Below, one piece after another: positions 7,999 to 15,583 of a DNA stretch of 64,000 bases. The translations under genes and the position numbers were made by a program. The DNA is from Planctomycetota bacterium. Its GTDB lineage: Bacteria; Planctomycetota; MHYJ01; WSZJ01. Numbering within the stretch: position 1 is the first letter of the stretch; each line of letters opens with the position of its first letter. The notes under the pieces are model-generated. The model searched no databases. It was given only the letters and a program-made list of their open reading frames with translations, and had not been told where the DNA came from. The DNA lies in the NCBI GenBank assembly GCA_038060895.1, contig JBBTCT010000002.1, positions 200,298 to 264,297 on the forward strand, in the 5' to 3' direction.

Positions 7999-9975
7999 AT
8001 GCGCCCCAAATCCTACCCCCGCCTGACCACCCCGCTTGTCCGCGACGGCGGGCGCAAGGGCAAGCTGCGGCCGGCGACCTGGGACGAGGCGTTTGACCGG
8101 GCGGCGAAGGGGCTGCGCGCCGTGACGGACGCGCACGGGGCGAAGGCGCTGGGGATGTTCAGCTGCTCGAAGTCGACGAACGAGATGAACTTCGCGGCGC
8201 AGAAGTTTTCGCGCGTGATTTTCGGCTCGAACAACATCGACAGCTGCAACCGGACCTGACATGCCCCCAGCGTCGCGGGTCTCGCGGCGGTCTTCGGGGC
8301 GGGCGGGGGGACGAACTCCTACGAGGAGATCGAGAAGACGGACATCATCCTCCTCTGGGGCTCCAACGCGCGCGAGACGCACCCGATCTTTTTTCACCAC
8401 CTGCTGAAGGGCATCCGGAGCGGCGCGCGGCTGGTGGCGGTGGATCCGCGGCGGACGTCGTCAGTGAAGTGGGCCGACATCTGGGCGGGGCTCGACGTCG
8501 GGTCGGACATCGCGCTCGCGAACGCGATCGGGCGCGAGATTCTCGCGGCCGGGCTGGAACACAGGGAGTTCATCGAGAACGCGACGACCGGGATTGAGGA
8601 GTACCGCAAGGGCGTCGAGAAGTACACGCTCGCATTCGCGGAGAAGGAAACCGGCGTTCCGGCGAAGGTCATCCGCGAGATCGCGCACGCCTGGGCGAAG
8701 GCGAAGACGGGGACGATCTGCTGGACGCTCGGGATCACGGAACACCACAACGCGGTCGACAACGTCCTTTCGCTGATCGACCTCGCGCTGCTCACGGGAA
8801 AGGTCGGCCGATACGCGACGGGCATCAACCCGCTGCGCGGCCAGAACAACGTCCAGGGCGGCGGCGACATGGGGGCTCTTCCCGACCGGCTCCCCGGCTT
8901 CCAGCACGTCGAGAACGACGCGTTCCGCGCGAAGTTCGACGCGAAGTGGGGCGTCAAGGTGCCGCCGAAGAAGGGCTGGCACCTGTCGGACATGTTCGCG
9001 GCGATGGGGCGCAAGGAGCTGCGCGCGCTGTACGTCATCGGCGAGAACCCGCTTCAGAGCGAAGCCGACCAGAACCACGCGCGGCACCTGCTCGAGGGGT
9101 TGGACTTCATGATCGCGCAGGACATTTTCCTGACGAAGACGGCAGAGCTCGCGGACGTCGTGTTCCCGGCGGCCGCGGGGTGGTGCGAAACGGAAGGCAC
9201 GGTGACCAACAGCGAGCGGCGCGTGCAGCGCGTGCGCAAAGCGGTGGAGCCGCCGACGGGCGCAAAGGACGACCTCGCGATCCTCTATGCGCTGGCGAAG
9301 AAGCTCGGGCACGACTGGGGACCGCCGGATGCGGAAGCGGTTTGGAACGAGCTGCGCACGCTGTCGCCGGTGCACGCAGGGATGAGCTACGCGCGCCTTG
9401 AAAAAATGCACGGGATCCAGTGGCCGTGCTATGACGAGACCCATCCGGGGGAGATGTTCCTGCACAGCCGGTTGTGGGAGCGGCCCGTGAAGGGTCCGCG
9501 GGTGGCGTTCTTCCCGGTGGAGCACGATCCGCCGGTGGAGAAACTGTCGAAGGAGTACCCGTTCCGGCTCACGACGGGACGGCGGCTCATGGAGTACAAC
9601 ACGGGCGTGCAGACGGCGGGTTACCACTCGACCCTTCGCCGCGGCGAGACGCTCGACCTGTCGCCGGAGGACGCTGTGAAAGTCGGCGTAAAGGACGGCG
9701 ACGCGGTCCGAGTGTCGTCGGTGCGAGGCACCGTGGACGCGCCGGCGCACATCGACGACGGACTGCGGCCGGGGCTGGTGTTCATGACGCTGCATTTCGC
9801 CGACGACGTCGCGACCAACCTCCTCACCATCGACGCGGTCGACCCGAAGTCAGGCACCGCGGAGTTCAAGGCGGCGGCGGTGAAGGTGGAGCGGATCGGA
9901 AGCGGCGACGCGCTGCCCGTTGCGAAGGCGAAGGGCGCGCACAAGCCGCAGGCGGAAACGGCGGGACATCACTGA
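7999..9975 (+). CDS. Selenocysteine-containing formate dehydrogenase catalytic subunit (Mo/W-bisPGD), lacking the N-terminal Fe-S domain
   Basis: ORFs 7999-8259 and 8434-9975 are one frame joined through TGA at 8257-8259: NNIDSCNRT-U-HAPSVAGL; RGQNNVQG, GENP, ADVVFP, EGTVTNSERRVQ and molydopterin-dinucleotide C-terminal domain. Confidence 0.92.
8257..8300 (+). promoter_or_regulatory. Sec UGA codon and bacterial SECIS hairpin
   Basis: UGA followed by lower stem GCCCC/GGGGC and upper stem CGUCGCG/CGCGGCG closing a GGUCU loop, at spacing like the E. coli fdhF SECIS. Confidence 0.85.
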
Positions 9976-9990
9976 CCTTCGACCGTGCCT

Positions 9991-10103
9991 TATCCGCGGC
10001 CCTTTCCGCGAGATTCGCCTTTATCCGCGTATGCTTTTTTCAGAAAAGAAACGGCATACGCGGACAAAAGCGAATGACGCGGAAACGTCCGCGGATACAG
10101 CCA
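9991..10103. repeat. Intergenic inverted-repeat element A (44-bp arms of ~10-bp TTATCCGCG-like units)
   Basis: 9991-10034 vs reverse complement of 10054-10097 match 38/44; 10059-10103 matches 50069-50113 at 41/45. Confidence 0.9.
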
Positions 10104-10116
10104 GGAGAACAACGAC

Positions 10117-11982
10117 TTGGACCTTCGCCTAACCGGCCCTGAGCCCACCGATACCGAGCGCGCGTCCGTCGACAGCGTTCTCGGCTCGCCGGTCTCCGGC
10201 TGGGCGGGCGGAGAGCGCGATCTCGCCACGGAAAGCCACACGGCACTCACGGGCGGACACGAAGCGCGCTCGCGGCGCGACCTCCTGCTCCCCGCGCTTC
10301 ACGCCATCCAGAACCGCTTCGGGTGGATCCCCCCGGGTGCGCTTCGCTACGTCTGCGAGCGCCTCACCGTCCCGCCTGCCGAAGCGTACGGCGTGGCGAC
10401 CTTCTACCACATGTTCTCGACGACGCCGCGGCCCGCGGCGGTCGCGCACGTGTGCGATGACATCGCGTGCCGGATCAAGGGAAGCGAGAAAGTCTGCGCC
10501 GAGCTGGAGAAAAAGCTCGGCCCCGCCGGCCACGGCCATGCGGGAACGCCCGCGACCTGGCAGCGCAGCCCGTGCCTCGGCCAGTGCGAGCGCGGACCGG
10601 CCGCGATGATCGTGCGTGCGGGCGAGAAGCCGGAGACGTTCAACGTGCCGGGGACGGCGGAAGCGGTGCTTGCCGGTCTCAAGGGAGGCGCTTCCGGCGA
10701 AGACCTCGACTCGATGCGGCGGAGCGTGCCGCAGGCGGGCGACGCGGGTCTCAAACTGATCCAGAGGATCGGGCGCGTTGACCCCGCCAGCCTCGAGGCG
10801 TATCGCGCGAGCGGGGGCTACGCGGGGCTGAAGAAAGCGGTCGCGCTCGGGCCCGCCGCGACGATCTCGGAGGTCACCGCCAGCAAACTGGTCGGCCGCG
10901 GCGGCGCGGCGTTCCCGACGGGGCGCAAGTGGGACGCGGTCGCGAAGGAGCCCGCGAAGCCGCACTGGCTCATCTGTAACGCGGACGAGTCAGAGCCTGG
11001 GACGTTCAAGGACCGGCTGCTGATGGAGGGCGATCCGTTCGCGGTCGTCGAGGGCATGACGATCGGCGGGTTCGCGACGGGGTGCGAGCACGGTTTCATC
11101 TACATCCGCGGCGAGTACCCGCTGGCGGCGAAGCGCATGCAGGCCGCGATCGACGCGGCGCGCGCCGCCGGGATGCTCGGCAAGAACGTGATGGGGGCGG
11201 GCTTCGCCTTCGACATCGAAATCCGCCGCGGCGCGGGGGCGTACATCTGCGGCGAAGAAACCGCGCTGATCAATTCGATCGAGGGCAAACGCGGCGAGCC
11301 GCGCAACAAGCCGCCCTTCCCCGTGCAGGTCGGACTCTTCAACAAGCCCACGCTCGTGAACAACGTCGAAACGCTCGCGAATGTCCCGCCGATCCTCGCG
11401 GGCGGAAGCGCCGCGTGGGCGGGGATCGGGACGACAGGCTCGGCGGGGCCGAAACTGTTCTGCCTGTGCGGGCACGTCGTGAAACCGGGGCTCTACGAAG
11501 TCCCGTTCGGGAAAACGCTGCGCGAAGTTCTCACGCTCGCGGGCGGCGCTTCCGGGAACATCCAGGCGATCCTCCTCGGCGGCGCGGCGGGGACGTTCGT
11601 GGGGCCCGACAAGCTCGACGTGCCGCTGACGTTCGAAGGCACGCGCGCGATCAACGCTTCGCTCGGCTCCGGCGTCATCCTCGTCTTCGACGACACCGTG
11701 CGCATGACCGACATCCTGTCCCGCGTCGCGCGCTTCTTCCGCGACGAGTCCTGCGGCCAGTGCGTGCCGTGCCGCGTCGGCACGGCCCGGCAGGAAGAGC
11801 TGCTGACGAGGCTGCGCGACGGGAAGGCGCTGGGATCGCGCGAAGAGGAACTCGCGCTTTTCGCAGAGATCGCGCAGGCGATGCGCGACGCGTCGATCTG
11901 CGGCCTCGGCCAGACGGCCGCTTCGGCAATCGAGTCAGCGGTCGTGGCGCTGGGGCCGGCCGTGCTGGGAGGAACAAAGTGA
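10117..11982 (+). CDS. NuoE-NuoF fusion: NAD(H)/FMN diaphorase subunit of the soluble formate dehydrogenase
   Basis: NuoE: ATFYHMF, VCDDIAC, SPCLGQC; NuoF: GRGGAAFPTG, CNADESEPGTFKDR, GAGAYICGEET, NNVET, ESCGQCVPCR, SICGLG; TTG start with AGGAG SD. Confidence 0.9.
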   Translation: MDLRLTGPEPTDTERASVDSVLGSPVSGWAGGERDLATESHTALTGGHEARSRRDLLLPALHAIQNRFGWIPPGALRYVCERLTVPPAEAYGVATFYHMFSTTPRPAAVAHVCDDIACRIKGSEKVCAELEKKLGPAGHGHAGTPATWQRSPCLGQCERGPAAMIVRAGEKPETFNVPGTAEAVLAGLKGGASGEDLDSMRRSVPQAGDAGLKLIQRIGRVDPASLEAYRASGGYAGLKKAVALGPAATISEVTASKLVGRGGAAFPTGRKWDAVAKEPAKPHWLICNADESEPGTFKDRLLMEGDPFAVVEGMTIGGFATGCEHGFIYIRGEYPLAAKRMQAAIDAARAAGMLGKNVMGAGFAFDIEIRRGAGAYICGEETALINSIEGKRGEPRNKPPFPVQVGLFNKPTLVNNVETLANVPPILAGGSAAWAGIGTTGSAGPKLFCLCGHVVKPGLYEVPFGKTLREVLTLAGGASGNIQAILLGGAAGTFVGPDKLDVPLTFEGTRAINASLGSGVILVFDDTVRMTDILSRVARFFRDESCGQCVPCRVGTARQEELLTRLRDGKALGSREEELALFAEIAQAMRDASICGLGQTAASAIESAVVALGPAVLGGTK

Positions 11983-12953
11983 GCGACTCCCCGATCTGGT
12001 TCCAGCCGCCGCCGAGGCCGACGAACCCGCCTGCCCGCCCGCCTGCCAGCCCGCCCGCACTCCTGGACTGCACGATCGACGGGAAGGCGGTGAAGGTGCC
12101 GCAGGGGCAGACGATTCTCGAGGCGTGCCGCGCGCTCGGTATCGAGACGCCGACGCTCTGCTACCTCGAGAACCTGACGCCCGTAAACGTCTGCCGCGTC
12201 TGCGTCGTGGAGATCGCGGGGGCGCGGGTGCTGGCGCCGGCGTGTTCGCGCAAGGTCGAGAAGGGGATGGACATCAGGACGGACAGCCCGCGCGTTCGGC
12301 TGTCGCGCAAGATGGTGCTCGAGTTCCTCGCTTCGTCCGTGGACCTCTCCACCGCGCCGACGGTGAACGAATGGATGACGAAGTATGGCGCGAAGCCCGG
12401 ACGCTACGGCGCCGCCTATCCCGCCGCGAAGGCGAATGGGCGCGACCACCGCGAACCGGGACACCATCACGACGGCGACGGCCGCGCCGAAACCGTCCAC
12501 CAGCCCGTCAAGGTGGACAACGACCTCTACGTCCGCGACTACTCCAAGTGCATCCTCTGCTACAAGTGCGTCGAAGCCTGCGGCACTGACGCCCAGAACA
12601 CCTTCGCCATCGCCGTCGCCGGCCGCGGCTTCGACGCCCGTATTTCCACCGAACACAACGTCTCCCTCCCCGACTCCGCCTGCGTCTATTGCGGCAACTG
12701 CATCGGCGTCTGCCCCACCGGCGCGCTGATGTTCAAGAGCGAGCACGACATGCGCGCCGCGAAGACGTGGGACGAGAAGAAGCAGACGAAAACCGACACG
12801 ATCTGCCCGTATTGCGGCGTCGGATGCACGCTGACGCTTCATGCGCAGGACAACAAGATCGTGAAAGTGACCTCGCCGATGGATGTCGAAATCACCCACG
12901 GGCACTTGTGTATCAAGGGCCGGTTTGGGTATGGGTTTGTGCAGGGAAGCTGA
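11979..12953 (+). CDS. Fe-S electron-transfer subunit (2Fe-2S, 2x[4Fe-4S], Molybdop_Fe4S4), the detached N-terminal module of FDH alpha
   Basis: PTLC...CRVC...PAC; CILCYKCVEAC; CVYCGNCIGVCP; ends with CPYCGVGC...LCIKGRFG; GTG overlaps the upstream TGA. Confidence 0.88.
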   Translation: MSDSPIWFQPPPRPTNPPARPPASPPALLDCTIDGKAVKVPQGQTILEACRALGIETPTLCYLENLTPVNVCRVCVVEIAGARVLAPACSRKVEKGMDIRTDSPRVRLSRKMVLEFLASSVDLSTAPTVNEWMTKYGAKPGRYGAAYPAAKANGRDHREPGHHHDGDGRAETVHQPVKVDNDLYVRDYSKCILCYKCVEACGTDAQNTFAIAVAGRGFDARISTEHNVSLPDSACVYCGNCIGVCPTGALMFKSEHDMRAAKTWDEKKQTKTDTICPYCGVGCTLTLHAQDNKIVKVTSPMDVEITHGHLCIKGRFGYGFVQGS

Positions 12954-12991
12954 GAGCTGCCAGCGGCCCGTCGCCAGTGAAAGTCAACGAA

Positions 12992-14149
12992 TCAGCTTCT
13001 GCGCGGACGCCGCTGGGCAAAACGGGGCTTCGCATCCGGCGGTGCAGTCGGCTGCACCGGCGCGGGAGCAGCGGCCGGCGCCGGATGCCAGAGCTCCCAG
13101 ACGCAGCGCTCGAGGACCATGGCGAAATCGGCCGGGGTGGCGAACCGATGCGCCCGGTCTTTCTGCAGCGCGCACGCGACGGCGTTCGCCGTCGCGAACG
13201 ACACCGCGGGATTCACCTGGTTGACCAGCGGCGGCACCTGATGGAGGTGCTGCTTGAGCACATCGTTGACCGTGTCGCCCGCGAAGGGCGGGCCGCCGGT
13301 CAGGAGGTGGAAGAGCGTCGCGCCGAGCGAGTAGACGTCGCTTCGGATGTCGATGTCTCCCGTGCCGCGCACCTGTTCGGGGGACATGTAGGCCGGCGTG
13401 CCGGTGAGCGCGCCGTCGGCGCCGCCGCCCTGGGTCACGGCGATCCCAAGGTCCGCGAGCTTCGCGGCGCCGTTGCGCGCGATCAGGATGTTGCCGGGCT
13501 TCACGTCGCGGTGGACGAGCCCGTTCTCGTGGGCGTGCTGAAGCGCTTTCGCGATCTGGATCGCAACTCCGAGCGCGTAGCGTTCGTCGAGCGGGCGGCC
13601 GGGTTGCAGGAGCCCGCGAAGCGTCGCCCCTTCGACGAATTCCATGACGAAGTAGTGCACGCCGTTGGCGCACCCCACGTCGATTCCCTGCACGACGTTC
13701 GGATGCGACAGTCGCGCCACGACCCGCGCTTCACGAACGAACTTCGACACGATGTCCGCCTTTTCGGCGAGTCGCGGATGCAGGATCTTGAGCGCGACCA
13801 CCCGGTCCATCGAGATCTGCACGGCGCGCAGCACGCGGCCGGATTGCCCGCGCCCGATCTCCTCGTGGAGGCGGTAGCCAGGAATCTCGAGCACATCCTC
13901 GGCGGCCGACTGGACTTTTTTCACGACCGCGGCCTGCGCCGGGGAGATCCATCCCCTCACGATGAGCAGTTCGCCAAGCCGTACCGCCAGCGTCCCGCCC
14001 GCCTGCAGGTTCTGCTGGATGGCCAGCGCTTCATTCAGGCGTTCCTTCGTGATGAAACCCAGCCGGACCGCCACAGCGCCGAATTGTTGATCCGGACGCG
14101 GCGGCGTAGCCGGTTGCTTTGAATCCGACGGCCCGGGCGCGGGTTTCAT
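12992..14149 (-). CDS. Ser/Thr protein kinase with N-terminal MshEN-like domain
   Basis: GRGQSG, VALK, HRDVKPGN, DLG, GTPAYMSPE; N-terminal FGAVAVRLG...LNEALAIQ and RLGELLIVRG. Confidence 0.9.
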   Translation of the reverse strand: MKPAPGPSDSKQPATPPRPDQQFGAVAVRLGFITKERLNEALAIQQNLQAGGTLAVRLGELLIVRGWISPAQAAVVKKVQSAAEDVLEIPGYRLHEEIGRGQSGRVLRAVQISMDRVVALKILHPRLAEKADIVSKFVREARVVARLSHPNVVQGIDVGCANGVHYFVMEFVEGATLRGLLQPGRPLDERYALGVAIQIAKALQHAHENGLVHRDVKPGNILIARNGAAKLADLGIAVTQGGGADGALTGTPAYMSPEQVRGTGDIDIRSDVYSLGATLFHLLTGGPPFAGDTVNDVLKQHLHQVPPLVNQVNPAVSFATANAVACALQKDRAHRFATPADFAMVLERCVWELWHPAPAAAPAPVQPTAPPDAKPRFAQRRPRRS

Positions 14150-14174
14150 TCCTCGCGAGTGTAGCTGTTTGCGC

Positions 14175-15317
14175 TTACTTCAAATGCTTCGCCGCCTTGT
14201 TCAGGCACATGAGGCTGTACAGAGTCGGAAGCGGCTCCATGTCCTCCATCCATTTCGGATCGCCGAGCCAGGTGCCGTCTTCCTTCTGGAGACTCTTCAG
14301 CTTCGCGACGAGCTCCTCCGCCCACTTGTGCGACTCGCCGTCGCCGTCCTTGATCTCGTCGAGGCCGGAGGCATGAAGCGCGGTCGAAAACGTGTGGTAG
14401 TAGTAGTACATCCCGCGAGTTCCCATGCCGGGGTTTTCGTCGAGCGTGTAGTTCTTCCCGATCCAGGCGAGCGCTGATTTCACTCGCGCGTCGTCTTTCG
14501 TGAGACCGGCGTAGAGCATCGACTTGTAGCCGGCATACGTCATCGACCCGTAGGAACGGATGCACTCCTTGCCGTTGGGGAGCTTCATCCTCTCGGCCTT
14601 GCCGTCGCCGGGACGGTAGAAGAACCCGCCGTCGTCGCCGACCACGACTCCGGCCTTGTCGAATCCGGGGCCGTCGTTCGATTCGCTGCGATTCTGGCAG
14701 CGCTCGAGGAACTTCACTGCCCGCTTCCAGGCCTCGCTGTCCCTCGGCAGGTCCGCGGCGTTCAGCGCTTCCATCATGTAGGAAGTGTTGGACATGTCGC
14801 CGCGCGGCTTCCCTCCGCGCTCGTCGTACCCGGCGCCGCCGTAGTTCGGGTCAGCGGGGTCCGCCTTCTGCGACCCGGCTTCCTGGCACTGGAAGGCGAC
14901 CAGCCAGGCGCTTCCTTTCTGGATAGCCTCCTTGTACTTCTCCTTGTCCGCGGTCGCGAGCGCGACGACGGCGATCGCGGTCTTGTAGTTCGTCATCAGC
15001 GGAACCTTGCCGGCGTTGTGGATTTCGCCGTCGCTCCCCTGGTTTCTCACCAGGTAGGCGCACCCCTTTGAGATCGCATCGGCGTATTTCTTGCTCCCGG
15101 TTTCCGATCCAGCAAGCGCCGACACGGCAAGTCCCGTCATCGAGACGTCGGAGTCCTTGCCGGCCATCGGCATGCCCCAGCCGCCGTCTTCGGCCTGTTT
15201 GCCTGCAATGACGGCCGCGCCTTTGTCCCAGGTCGCCTGGAGGTCTTCGTTCGGTCCCGCCGAGGCGAGTGCGCCGGCAAGCGAGAGGACAACGGTCGCA
15301 AGCGAAAATTGGTTCAT
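14175..15317 (-). CDS. Secreted prenyltransferase/squalene-oxidase-repeat (terpene-cyclase-like alpha barrel) protein
   Basis: Signal peptide; QW-type repeats QAEDGGW, QGSDG, QKEDGTW; YGSMTYAG and LDENPG motifs. Confidence 0.75.
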   Translation of the reverse strand: MNQFSLATVVLSLAGALASAGPNEDLQATWDKGAAVIAGKQAEDGGWGMPMAGKDSDVSMTGLAVSALAGSETGSKKYADAISKGCAYLVRNQGSDGEIHNAGKVPLMTNYKTAIAVVALATADKEKYKEAIQKGSAWLVAFQCQEAGSQKADPADPNYGGAGYDERGGKPRGDMSNTSYMMEALNAADLPRDSEAWKRAVKFLERCQNRSESNDGPGFDKAGVVVGDDGGFFYRPGDGKAERMKLPNGKECIRSYGSMTYAGYKSMLYAGLTKDDARVKSALAWIGKNYTLDENPGMGTRGMYYYYHTFSTALHASGLDEIKDGDGESHKWAEELVAKLKSLQKEDGTWLGDPKWMEDMEPLPTLYSLMCLNKAAKHLK

Positions 15318-15528
15318 CCGGGTTTCTCTCCTTGTGAGCGTCAGGAACGGACGCGAGTCCGGCATTCTATCCCACGGCCTGCAGTGCAATAGCCGGACCA
15401 CGGCGGGGGTGGTCGGAGCATCGAACCCGGCCGCGTGACGTCCGAGGGATGTTCGATTCTTGCCCGGACCCGGCCAAGAGTTCGCCACCTGGCGACTCCC
15501 CACGCGCACGACTCCCGGGCGCTTGGAC

Positions 15529-15543
15529 TGGCACATCCGTTGC
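15529..15543 (+). promoter_or_regulatory. sigma54 (-24/-12) promoter
   Basis: TGGCAC-ATCCG-TTGC, exact consensus spacing, about 40 nt upstream of the TonB receptor start. Confidence 0.7.
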
Positions 15544-15583
15544 GTCAGGCGCATCACTTCTCGATCCAGGGGGAAGACAGCTG

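Noticed and set aside
7999-8259. Separate 86-aa gene or fdh pseudogene
   Set aside because: The TGA is at the catalytic Sec position, in frame with the downstream ORF and followed by a SECIS-like hairpin
10117-11982. Respiratory complex I, or an electron-bifurcating HydB/HylB-type subunit
   Set aside because: No other nuo genes are present; the protein ends after the single NuoF [4Fe-4S] motif and lacks the C-terminal 2x[4Fe-4S] domain typical of bifurcating subunits
15320-15583. Cobalamin riboswitch upstream of the TonB receptor
   Set aside because: No recognisable B12-box core; a sigma54 promoter lies only ~40 nt from the start, leaving no room for one
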